Shown here piece after piece: positions 25,451 to 38,315 of a stretch of 64,000 bases of DNA (its first letter is position 1; every line of letters starts with the position of its first letter). The notes under the pieces were generated by a model that saw only the letters and a list, made by a program, of their open reading frames with translations, made no database searches and was not told the DNA's origin. Source of the stretch: Tubiluchus corallicola (taxonomy: Eukaryota > Animalia > Priapulida); contig JAQGDQ010000190.1 of NCBI GenBank assembly GCA_030141605.1, positions 248,001 to 312,000 of the forward strand. Reading direction: 5' to 3'. The position numbers and the translations under genes are program-made.

Positions 25451-26192
25451 CAGGGTCGTACAGAGAAAATATTCCATTCAAACTATTTAATAAAACAAAA
25501 ATTACATGTCAAAAAGGCATGCAAATTTAATAAAATAACAAATGAACATATATATTTTATGCACAAGAGAAAATTAATGTAAATTTTGTGTTTTATTTTG
25601 CTGAACTTTTTAAAATGAGATGTTTAAAATTGTATTCCCATAACCATGAATAGGAAATTTTGGACCGGTTTAATGAAACAAGAAACTCAGCTGCTGATAT
25701 TTCTTATCTACATAATTTAGAAAAATGTGTCATGTTCTACATGCTTTCTTTCCAATTCGGTCACTTTACGAAGCGTAGGTCAGAATTGGTCAACAACTGA
25801 ATTAACTTAATTTTTAAGAAATTTAGCTCATTTTTGAAGCAAGTTTTCAGAAGCATCTTTCACTTCTCTTGCATGACGCGCTAGAGGATTTAAATCAAGG
25901 CTGTTTGTCAAGTCATGTACATAAAGAAACATCAAAACCTGAGTTTCTTTTTCATTTTAAACAGTCAATTTTGGAAAAAATTCTTATTCGTGACTATGGA
26001 AACATAGTTTTGAACGCCACATTTCTAAAATGTTCAGCAAAAATAAAACATAAAACTGACAACAAAATATTTCCTTTAGTATAACATATATCTATTCATT
26101 GTTATTCTATTAAATCTTTGTGTCTTCTTGATTTGTAATTTTTGTTTTATTAAAGAAATTGCAGGGAATGTAATGTTTCCTGCACGATCTAT
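25451..26192. mobile_element. Fold-back / long-TIR non-autonomous element, Tc1/mariner-like
   Basis: Diverged inverted arms of ~270 bp (25451-~25715 and ~25915-26192), e.g. TTTAATAAAACAAAAATTACA / TGTAATTTTTGTTTTATTAAA and TTTTATTTTGCTGAAC / GTTCAGCAAAAATAAAA. Begins TA|CAGGG and is followed by TA. Confidence 0.7.
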
Positions 26193-27607
26193 TAAATATG
26201 TTTGTTGCGTTTTGTAACGACATAAAATGATCATATCACTTACAAGTATTAACTCAAAATTGTACACTGTATTTAGTATACGTGTAGTACTACAGCAAAT
26301 TTGGCAAGACCTTTAGCCATAGGCAATCTCGCGAGTTATAAAATTGTTTATAGAAGATACAGATTCATTCGAAGTATGCCCATTAAGTAATAAAATGATT
26401 TTGCTGATACCCTGTTTCATTTTCAAAATGAATGTAACTTTTTTAAACTCGCTATCATTGGTACGAAATCAATATTATGATTTCACTACGATTTTGTTAG
26501 TCAATGCGGCACCAAGGTATGTACGATTCCTACTTCCCAATTAACTAAAGAATAAAGTGTACTAGTCCGCTAATCAGCAATTTTCAACAATATGTTGATG
26601 ATTCGATAGGATTTACAGGTTAACAAATGAAAAACACACATGGTAGCGACTAAATTTTTAATCAATCAGTGGCAGTCTTGCTGCTACAGGTAACCCAAGG
26701 GATCCCCCACTCTCAGCAAACACGGACTGGATAATGCAGTTCTCATTCAGAACTTACACTGGTCGATTTTAATAAACCAGTAACAACGATGTTTAATACG
26801 ATTGCAAGTGCGTATTATTCTGTGCACGCTAACTGTCTTACATACTCTATAAATATTCTCGCAACAGTTAACTCTGCTTAAATCTCGAAAGATCTTACAG
26901 GCAAGAATTTTTTACATCCTTAAGTCGGCGCGTAGAAAAGGATTCATATTCCTACCCCCTGTTGGGCAGGCAGGCAACCAAATAGATTCCCTAATCGGCA
27001 CCCCTTTCCAGGTTGCCAGCCGGCAAAACAGATTAAGTGTATGCTCTCGTGATACCTCTCAACAACGCCCTAAAGCAAAAAATCTGCAATTTCAATTACG
27101 CCAATAAAACCATAAAATTGTCTTCAAACACCGCCAGGTATTAATATATTTATCAATCAATAACGCAAAAGGTAGCGAGCGAAATGCTAAAGTAAACAAA
27201 GACATGTGCACAGCGAACAGCACACAAAACCAAATGATTTCACCGAGTTGAACTGCCAAAGCATTCAAAATTGAATTTTTAACACTATATATCTCCTGCC
27301 ATGCATTAATTTGTACTGTGAGTTTATATACTTGCAGTATAATTATCACTTCTATATACAAAACCTGTAGATAAACTGCAATCCTTTCACTGTCTTTACA
27401 ATGTGTCATTATTTTTTTGTTTTTAATACGCAAAGCTCACAGAGTAGACAAGACTAGACTACAAAAACCTTTTCATACAGAACTCATTTTCATTATACAT
27501 TCGCAAAGCAAATATTTCTGCCGAGCAGCACCCCGAGAGCATTTAAACCGAGCGGCACTGAATTAATAGGGGTGACGAATTCGGAGCTGATTTGATCTGA
27601 AGATGAG

Positions 27608-27695
27608 TGAATTGGTCTCAGGGCTGCTTGTCTCACTAATGACTTGGTCCTGATGTTAACTTGTCTCAGTTGTGATTTGGTTTCAGGATTAATTG
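27608..27695. repeat. Degenerate ~16-bp periodic TTG(G)TCTCA repeat
   Basis: Units gaattggtctcagggct / gcttgtctcactaat / gacttggtcctgatgtt / aacttgtctcagttgt / gatttggtttcaggatt. Confidence 0.45.
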
Positions 27696-28679
27696 CTACA
27701 TCAAAATGACCTAATAATGATGGAAATTCAATTTAAAGAGTTGGCGAACCGCATTATTATTCTATCTTCAAAATCAAAGACTGTGAGTTATGCACCTTCT
27801 ATCAAGTAGTACTGTAATTATTCAATGCTGAAGGACCATGTTAGTCATTAGAAAATGGTTACTAACAAGCGCAAACAAGAAGCAGCTGGTTTATTGAACT
27901 GAAAACGGCGTTGCGTTCCTCGTGTTTTATACTGCATGCCAAGTGACAACCGAGAGAACGGATAGGGCTTCAAACAGTTAGCTAAAGCAGCATTGCTTAG
28001 TGCAGGCTGGCTTCGCGACCTGATGTATCAGGGCACCCACAGGGGTTTAGGAAACGAGACCTGCGCCATGGGATTGACTTTCAAGCTGTATTCACGTATC
28101 AATTGCAAACACATGCTGCAATGATTCACAGCGTTGAATAAACAGCATAAAATACTTGTAATGATTTTCAGTCGCTTTGCAAACGCCGGCCCGGTTACAC
28201 GAGTTTACCGAATTCCACACACATTCCAGCTTACAAACAAACTTACAGCACGCTCTGCCCGCAATAACGCTTTGATTTTCAAATACACCGCAAGTTTCCA
28301 TTTGAAGAACTACTCAAAGTTACCTCGCAAGGTATGATCACAAACAAACGTACTAGCAAGTCACCGTTATTCAACTACGGGCGCTTTCGTTTCCAACTTT
28401 AAATTTTCCACATGTGATCACGGTTTGCTCCTTTGCAGTTTACTTAGAAGTTAGTAAGTGTACACTGGGGCTACTGTGGCAATTGTCTGCAAAATGTATA
28501 CTGTTAATCATACGACACCACCAATTGCCACGTTAATTGGCGTAATACCTGAACAACGTCAGCATTGTGACACATTTCCTGAATGTTGGTTTAATTTCTG
28601 CAATGTAAGATGCAAACATCAAGTTGATTTTCTTGCAAAACTGTGCAAGTTTGCAATGTATTTGCTGTACATAAACTAA

Positions 28680-29001
28680 AGCAAAACCGAACCCAATCTT
28701 AAGCTATAGGTCAAAACAATCTACTCTGTAAAATATTGAAAGGAAACACTTTTTTTCGAAAATGACTTATGTGAAAGAATTATTACCACACAAACACAAT
28801 TTCGCGTTCGCGCCACTAGTTCTTCGCTGTTACATGCATTTCGCCATAGGCTAGTTAGACGGGCACTAGCGCCTGCATTTCGGAAACGCACTGCACAAAA
28901 ATAAATACTGTACCTCAGTTCAGATGTGTTAGTTTGTGATGAACTACACACGTTCGACAGCTCATACGCGAGCACAGCGGTAAATATGAAATTTGAATTT
29001 T
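28680..29001. mobile_element. Truncated second copy, in opposite orientation, of the TTAA-flanked element at 36727-37294
   Basis: AGCAAAACCGAACCCAATCTTAA, CGTTCGCGCCACTA, GACGGGCACTAG, CAGTTCAGATGTGT and TGAAATTTGAA match the reverse complement of ~36990-37294 in order. Confidence 0.75.
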
Positions 29002-32000
29002 GAGTCCATATCCGCTACCTCGCACATTGTGCTAACGCTAAACAAGAATCGGCAAATAAATGTCTTTACCATTTCTTTCCCTGTCACGCATCCAACTACT
29101 ATAAGTTCCTCGTGTTTCTAGTTAATCATAGACGTCTCCAATCGATACGCGTAAAGCAAGTCTGCAACACTGCGGAGAATACGCAAGAGATGGAAAATTA
29201 TTAGGGTATTAATTGTCGCACTGCTAATCGGCGACTAAATTTACATGGTAATTTAATCACGTGACTCGTGTAATTACAACAACTCGTTATACGAGCTCAC
29301 GCCTAAAGCAAAACATCTTGTGGTGGCGCTGGGCAACAACTAAAATGTCTACAACTAAAAGATCTCATCAGCTGGGGGAAATGAGTTCTCAGCTAACTGC
29401 AGAGTCTGTAATTATAGAGCAATGAAGACTTGCAACGTATAGTCGTGATTGTAATTGACGATAGTGCTGTGTTACAGCTCATACTTCATCTGATTGCACG
29501 CATAAGTAGAAAATAGTACAAAAATCTTAGTCGCCACTCATTTCTCGTGTCACACGTTTTATATTCCTCACAAAGCATATAAAGTAGAACCTTGAAACGC
29601 AAGGAGTTAATTGCCACAGAGTAATCAATGGTCATTTAAATTCAAAGCGTCAAAATTAAATTCGTTCATTACATTTATCATACTTCATACACCATCCATA
29701 CTTCTACTGATGTGAAGTTTATACATGAATCAGGTTAGAAAATTTATACAACTGTCACACTAAAGGCGACTGAAAGCTGACTAACTTATCAAATAAATCT
29801 TTATTATACATGGGGTGGCAATTAAAATACACTCAAGGAATATTTGCACCCTTAGCGTGCATCGAATAGTTACAACACAATAAGCACATGGTACAATAAT
29901 AGACGCTATGTTTATCTGCTTTATGGCAATCTAAGAGGAAAATCAGAAAAACGTTTAAATTTCGTGTAAAAAGCCGTTTATAACGTAAGTTAATTAATGC
30001 TTGTATACAAAGGTAAATTTACAAATTACTGATCCATGACGGATTTACAACGTGAGTGGTAGATCACACGAGATACATAAACTGATCTTAAGTAAAGAGC
30101 AGGAATATTACTTTGCAAACCGGAATTATAAGAGGGAGCCAATTTACGGTGTCCACGTTGTGAAGGGTTATATAGCTGCACATCACGTCACATTCAGCGC
30201 TCGAAGAAGGCTAGCCAAGCTGTGCAAACATACCCCATGTTTACTCTGCTAAAGTTACATGTTTTTTCAGAGGATGATAACTAGGCATACAGACATATTG
30301 GGCAGTGTACTTTTTAACTCATTCTGATTTCAATTTTAATTTAACGGTTGCTTAATTATAGCTATTTGGCGTTTCAGTGCGGTTTGTTATTTTGTGATGC
30401 GATTCAGGTCAACTGAATTTTGTAGCACATCGACTGCTGTTAAGAAGTTTATTTATTCTTTATACTAGTAGATCTAAGATCAGGCAATAGATGATAGACT
30501 CTAAGTTTCTTTACGACTCAAATTCACGAGAGCTGATCAAGCAAATTTAATCAATGCAGAGGATACACAGTATCTGATCACGTCTGTTTCCATTAGTATA
30601 GAATAACTAGATTTGTTCATTTGATGACGCAGTTTTCTTATAGATGTCTGTCTGCGTGCACGAAAAGTGAGAAAAAACTCGAAAACGGATGGACACTTAT
30701 AAATAGACAGTAAGCTGCAGCCATAAAGCAGCATGCATAATTTACAACCAGTTCCACATTAAACATACGTTAATGAAGTCGGCGTAACACAGAACAAAGA
30801 ACATCATCTGCCACACTGACAAAGCGTGAACACACCACAGTATTGCATTAAATCACCTTTTAATTTCCGCTCTTACATGTATAATACCTTGTTAGTGTGT
30901 GTGCTTGGTTATAAAGTCACGTGGGGCAAAGCAGCTACGAACTAGTTGTCACACTGCTTAAATTCTAAGCCATGGTTTGGAATTTAAGAAACCTGTCTTA
31001 CTGAACATAAAGGAAAACGTCACAAGGAAGAAACTATAAAACTATTATACACACGTGCACGTTTTCTGGTAAACTAAAGAATGTATCGATTTGAACAAGC
31101 TCTACTTACTACTCCAAAAGGACTCATGAACAGCCTTGCAACGTTGCTCATAAGTCACGCAGTACAAATTTTCGCCCTTTATCGCCCTGCCCAATCACTA
31201 GGTTTAATTTTAAATTCTGCCAAGAGAATCAATTCAAGTGAATCATCTATTAAATGTCAACTTTTCAAGCGCACGTAAAATTCTCAAACTCATCAATAAC
31301 GCGTACATTGGGTAATTCAGCCTTTAATACTTCAAGTAAAATTGCTAGAAGGCAAACTGCTACAAATTAACGTGTATGTAGAAATCAACGCACATACGAG
31401 CATTTTCATAATCAAGCTGTATTCTTTTCAAGCGATTTTAGAACTCTACACATCACTTTATCAAGAGTTTATTCATTTTCCACATTGCATCATTACAATT
31501 AGCATTAAAATACAGATAATTTTCCATTTGAGTAAATATAAATATAAATATGAATAAATGCAATATTATTAAGAAATTTCATAATGCGGGATATACATGT
31601 GCAAATTTCATTACAGAATAATTTTTTGATGCATACAGTTTGAGCCTAAAAGCATAGCTTGACAGGCCAAACTGTATGTGGAAATCTTAAAAAAAATGGG
31701 GGGGGAGTAGTGAATGAAAGATGAAATGGAGCGAGAAACTAAGAAAAACTGTGATCATGGTTACAAAGTGTTCAGTATCCTGTTAAACATAGTCACGTTA
31801 TATTAAGATTACTGTAGCAAAAATGCAGGTTATTACCATTATCAAATTGTAATAATTACCTTTAAATTTAATAAGTACATTGAACTTATTGTCATCGCCT
31901 TCGTAGTTACCATATGATGTAAAAATACTAAAAAATCAGCGAAACACACATGGCGCTTACTTGCAAGCCTTTTCTTACGCCATACAAAACAGAATCTAGA

Positions 32001-35000
32001 TCATGCACTACGCTGTATGAATACTAATTGCAACAGATTTATACAACACAACCTTCAACTGTAAAGCGACTTGCCGCTGGATATCAATCAACGTAATTAA
32101 GAAATGGTTAAGTACATAGATTATCTTGATTATACAGCTCGCTGCACCATTATTAGTTAATGTAGGTGACAGTATGATCGCAGACAGACCATCTGGTCTA
32201 ACTCTAGTCGGCCTTGTGACTACTGTTTCGCCAGTTCTGTTGACATAAATTCATTTCTATAGATTTTTGTATTGCTTTGATCAACGTCAAATTTAACTAG
32301 AATCATGACATTGTATTATAGACCTGCCAGGTCAGTTATTTCTGTAATTACACACAAGCACATACAAGCTGTTAAGTGTAAACGTTTCCTAGGTTGTTGA
32401 GTTGAGTCTGTAAATAAATGTTTAAATTGTATTCTATTACGCAATGAACAAACGAATCTTAAACACTGATGTTACTTACTGTATCCGAACAAAGCCGTTT
32501 CTGTTACCTACTATCTGCACTAACTTGATTCTAACTCGAAAATGCTATAGTTATCCTTTAATTTACGCAGCGTACATATATATTATGTTCTTGACACATA
32601 AGACCAGTATCAGAGTGTAATTTGCAAATAGTGACCACACACTATACAGCAAGGCAAGCCAGAACAAACTTACATTATCCTCCCGGTTTAGTGAAATGTT
32701 CACTGAAGTGCAAATAGTCGCACCTGCCGACTGACAATATTGTGCGTTATCCCCAGAACGTTACTTTTCTCACTCGCCAGCCAAACCCTGTCTATTGAGA
32801 ATTTGAGAATAATGGAATACATGTGTGTAGTCAAGTGAAAGAAGTCTGTGCACTCAGAGATACCAAAGCTTGATCTTCTCCCCTTTTGTATATAAGGCAA
32901 CTGGACCTCTTCCTTTTGTAATTACTATCTGCTTGGGCGTTTATTAAATGGGAGTTGCTCGCTCATATGACATTTCGATGCACACATTTCGCTGATTTGC
33001 TCGCATCGTCAAGCTTTAGTATCTCGTTAAAGTGTTATAATTATGTTCTCTGGATATATACAATAAGAAAATTTGCTTTATAAGCAAAGGGTGGAGAGGC
33101 CCTGTGCAGTTAGCTCATAAATAAAAACGTAAGGGACTCTTGTATAATATTTTAATTATCTCCTGCATGTTACTTCGATAACACGCGTACTTGTTCGAAG
33201 AACCAGCGGTACCATTTTTTAGATCTTTGGTGCCCGCGACCTCGCGGGTGGGAAGTGAGCTTTGTCGCACTACAGTTTACACATTAAGTTGTTCATTTTT
33301 TTTATTTAAATCAGACATTTAAATTATATTATTTAAATTATATTAGCCTCCGGCTAGTGTTTATCGTTTGCAAAAACGACAATAAATAGCAGTGTGTATG
33401 TTTGTAAAGAGAAACATAGAATGGGTAAGAAAAATACTCACTTTTAGCAAACTTTAGTTAAAAGAGTACAGACAGGTGTAGCGGGCCAGCGGGTTGCCAG
33501 ACGCAGTGAACCAACAAAAGAATTAGGCGACAAAAATTTGACGTCGAACGCAAAAACTGATCAATAGCAGGACTACATGGTTCAGCTTGTTTTCAATTCT
33601 TCCATCATTTCACACAGCTATTATATTAGTCTAAACTTAATCTATTGGAATTAGATCCTACATGAAAAATTGAATTCATCTGAGGCGGTTTCGTATAAAC
33701 AAACATTTTATACAAGGAAGAAACTGAAGATTTTTTGCTCGCTGGAGAATAAGCCCATAATCGCGACAGTAGAAACTTGAAGAAATTTCAAATTTATCTG
33801 TCCGAAATCTAATTACGTGCAACGATTTTAAATGTACGAATGCCCAGTACGAAGCTCACCATAGCGTTATTTACAGAAATGACGCTTGGGAAAATTGAAA
33901 AGCAACGCAAGGATATGCTTAAGTTCATAATACACGTATTAAACCCATAGGCCTAGTACTAGTAGTAGCACCGTTTTCATCTTGTCATAAGCAGTATATG
34001 TATAAGTACAACTCTGATGTATAAGTATAATCATTTTTTTAAGTCTTTCAATCTTCCATAGTCACTGTATTCTTCTGCAGACCAGGATAACGTGGAAAGT
34101 TTAAACAAAATCAGAGTAAAGATTAATAATATAACTATACCGCCAGTCAAACAGCAACCATATATATATATAGTTTAAAGTACACACTAAGCTGGGAACA
34201 GGCTTCAGGCCTAATAAGTGTAATTCAAAATCAAATTTTTACTTAAGGAGTCCGTATTCCCCAGTTTACCCTATATATTTGCATTGTTCAGAAATCGAGT
34301 CTACATGGAATCCAATCAGCCCAGACCTACTGTAGCAGTGCAGATGTTCACTAGAACTTCCGTCTCCACTACATAATTAAAAGCCACCGTAAATAATTAT
34401 ATGAGCAGAAAGCTTTCCTAGCAAATAGTATCTAGAAAGCACATACAGAATTTCAAGTACTCCATATCTATCAGATAGTTTTCCGAAATACTGACATGAT
34501 TAACCAAAACCTCTTTTGTTTCCCGCAGGATTCTTCTTTGAGTGTGCTTAGAATTAGACACCGGAAAGTGGAGAAAAATGAGAGACAGACTAACCACGGC
34601 TAGCACCAGTGGTAGCTCAATGTCTCAGTAGGAGTAGGAAGCACCTAAATAATCATTACCATACACGTTGATATCATCCTCGTACATAGCTTGAAGTTTA
34701 ACTTCATTTGATTCACAAGCTCTCCGTGTCTGAAATGCTTGCAATCAGTTTTTATGATTATGTAGCATTAGTACATAGGCCTTATACATTAATATACAGA
34801 TACAGTATAATTTCAATATTAAGACCAAGTTCGAAAAGTTGCCGTGCACTAAGGATACCTAAAAAAAATTAAAAAAATTAAAAACCTGGCTGAAAAGTGA
34901 TTTTATTGCTTTTGACACAACGACTCCTTTATCTCTATTATTATTTAACGATGCTCATGACTTTGTGATCTAAAGAGCACACTGTACTCAGAGAGAATCA

Positions 35001-36726
35001 AATATCTTCGCGGAATTCGCGATAATTTCTCTTCAAACGGGAGAAACGAAAACGTTTCTATCCGACAAGAATGTCCTCTATATCGACTAGAAAAGCTCAC
35101 TGTTTATACGTCTCTTGAAATCGATGCCCACATCTGTAATAGATCCCAGCAAGCAGAAGTAGAGACTTGAAGAAAACGCTGAGAACACAGCGCAGCCACA
35201 CCGTGTGCTGTGCACTGATTCAATGGCCACCACTTAAACTATCAACAAACCATGGATGTCCTTTGTCGATTGGGGTCACGTTTATTAGATACAGGCAGTA
35301 AACATGGAAGTGTGGCATTATGCGGGCGGCGTATGAGTGAGTAGCTAAATACTGCACACAGCCGTTCCAAGTTGAAGAAAAACTAAACGAAAGGGATGAT
35401 GAGAAAGCCATACGATCAGCGCTGAGGGAACAAACGCGGTATAGAGGCACTACAGCGCGGTGGCCGTTGTGGTTTCAGTGGCGACACTGGCGAGTTAAGA
35501 GTACATGAATAACTTATTAAAGTAATAGACCTGCCCTGCTTACATTTGGATTGCATGTTCATTTCGCTGTTCTTGAAAAATGCAGCAAATAAGCTAATTA
35601 TACATAAAGCGGAGGCCAGTTTAGTCATATTTACTAGGATGACAGACTGAAAGACAAACCATACCAGAAAGTGGAAACTCATTCTTATTCCTTTGTTTTG
35701 CGATATCACTTTATAACGTCTGTGCTTGTTCAGTTTCACGCACCGGTAATTCTTGTTTAAGTCAATTATGCAATAAATTACGTTTAATTTTACGCAACCG
35801 CTCATTGGCAAGATATTGGCCTACTTTGGACATGTGCTGCTGCATGCAGCGCGTTCCACAATGCTGTGAAAATGTTAAGGCTCGGGGGATTCGCATAATG
35901 GGAAGGGCTATAAAACTGCATTCAATCGAAACGAACAAGACTGCAAAAGCCCAAGCCGAAATGTAAACAACGAGTGCAACAAAACGCACTCGTAGGATAA
36001 AACTTGCAACATTAATTAGTCCCCTTAAATGTAGCCTATAAAGACACTTTTTTGCAGTTGAACACGTGGAACATCAGCATGTAACAATAACAGATCAAAT
36101 CCAAAAACACTAGTTACACTACACAGCAAGTAAGTAAATAAAACAGTGCATAAAATTCAAATGCCGTCATTTTCTGAACAATAGGATAATATGTGTACAA
36201 ATAAAAACGTATTATACAATTTCCAAAGCAAATCGATAAGGAATGCAAGCTGGCCCTAAATTGGCAACAGCAAATATTGAAATGTTGGGAACATGCGTGG
36301 CATGGCGTATTCATAAACTTGTTAGAAACCTGCTCACTGAGATAATGTGAGGTATTCATATTAAAGAATTTCATTTAACCTTCTTTTAATCCTTTGGTTA
36401 AACTATACGTACGTAAACATATTTATCGCGAATTGAAATTTTGTATGGTTCTTCTTTATAATGCGCATTCATTTGCCAATGTTGGCATAACATTTTTTGA
36501 CGCATAGTTTGCGTAGTTTAGATTGTACTGACGTATTTGCCTTTAGCAGTGTAAGTTTTTATCAACTAACACTGATTGATCATCTCTGTAAAGTTTTTAT
36601 CAGTGATTATCAATGTATTTTAATGGCAAATAAAGATTATTATATATAAGATAAAAAAATGTTATGTATATATATATATAACATTTTTTCGTTTTGATAA
36701 AACCATTTTAAGCAAGGAGACCTTAA

Positions 36727-37294
36727 AGGCAGACAGCATGATTTTTCATATACTATTCCATTTTCAAGTATGGTAAAAAGTATACATTTTAGCACCAATA
36801 GTGCTTGAAAAGCGTTTATGATAGTTAAATAATAGATTAAAATCTTAATTAACGGCGGACGAGCCTAACTATTGATGACACCAAAAACGAACATAATTTT
36901 CAACAGCAAAAAAATCCAAGAGCGTGTTGCACGTGTTTCTGAAAGACTGATGTACAGCGCTACAGTTAGAGATTCAGTGCGTTTTAAGATAAAAGTTCAA
37001 ATTTCAAATTCATCGCAGTGCTCACGCATGAAAAACACACATCTGAACTGAGAGGTACAGCACCTGTTTTTTTGTGCAACGCGTTTTCGAAATGCACGTA
37101 CTAGTGCCCGTCCAACTAGAGAAACAGCGAAGAGTTAGTGGCGCGAACGAAAAATAGCGTTTGTGCGGTAATATTTCTTTCACGTAAGGGGCATTCTTTA
37201 AAAAACAGACTCCTTTCAATATCAAATAGTTTCCTTTCAGTATTTTAGAGTCGATTATTTTAACTTACAGTTTAAGATTGGGTCCGGTTTTGCT
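36727..37294. mobile_element. 568-bp TTAA-targeting non-autonomous DNA transposon (Kolobok-like)
   Basis: Flanked by TTAA at 36723-36726 and 37295-37298. The paralogous arm has a single TTAA (39877-39880). Termini AG..CT are purine-starting, as in Kolobok, not the CCY ends of piggyBac. Confidence 0.7.
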
Positions 37295-38119
37295 TTAAGA
37301 AAATTGCGTAGTACTGCTTACAAACCAATTATTTTCAAACTTCAAATGCAGCAGTAACTTGATATAACCTTCTGCAATGATGCATGAACGAAGTTGCACG
37401 GTTCATGTTTACTGTTAGGAAACGTTTTGCTTCGTTTGTTTTGCAAAATCGGTTAGATCATGTTGTAGCCTGAAGTTGCATGAGCAGTTGTTACAACTTT
37501 TACTCTTGCGCGTGACTTGACAGACTTGTATAATAGTAGCTACTTCTACTACTCAACTATAGCCCGCACACTGCTGGATTACGCCTGTGGGTGCGCCAAG
37601 GCGATGTGCGAAAATGAAATTTACATAGCAACTGAATCATTACAAGTGCTAAAATTTCTGGCTTCCTTCAATTCATGGCATACACTGCAGCGGATTTCTA
37701 TCAGCCTTCTTCACCAACAACTTCAGCGTAACCAAGCACGCGTTTTCAATCATTTCTTCCGCTTATGAAATCAAATGACATCGTGCCAGTCAAACGCATT
37801 TGCGAAAAAGCGGCACAATCTTCAGTTGCATCAATAATGCTATATAATATCCAATTTATTTCGCATAAATGCAAAACATGATAAAATATTTCATTTGACA
37901 AAGATAAGTAGGATGCTTATACTAGATGAAAAACAGGTGTTAAACTCAGAGCGAAACGAGTTTAATGCTGATATTTTCATGCCATAGCAACAGAACGCCG
38001 AACCATATGATGTCAGAATGGATTTAATAAGGGAAGGCTGTATAGGCCGACTGTTCACTCCTGAAAGTCATTAAGACAATGGGGTCGATTTATCGTAATC
38101 ATCCCCAAAATATATAAGA

Positions 38120-38159
38120 GTGTAAGTCACTCTTGTGTAAGTCACTCTTGTGTAAGTCA
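38120..38159. repeat. 15-bp tandem repeat, ~2.7 copies
   Basis: GTGTAAGTCACTCTT twice, followed by GTGTAAGTCA. Confidence 0.85.
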
Positions 38160-38237
38160 GTACCTCCTTATTCATGTTGAAAATTGCTGGTAGAAGGTGG
38201 ATCCAGAGGTGTTTTCTAATAATATTTTCAAGTATGC

Positions 38238-38263
38238 GTGTGTGTGTGTGTGTGTTTGTGTGT

Positions 38264-38313
<50 letters not shown>
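38238..38313. repeat. (GT)n microsatellite
   Basis: A 76-bp GT tract with two interruptions. Confidence 0.97.

Positions 38314-38315
<2 letters not shown>

Noticed and set aside
34848-36027. Possible second Kolobok-like element (CTAAGGATACC...GTCCCCTTAA) and its ORFs at 35220-35989
   Set aside because: The end match is too weak, there is no clean TTAA pair, and the ORFs show no transposase motifs.
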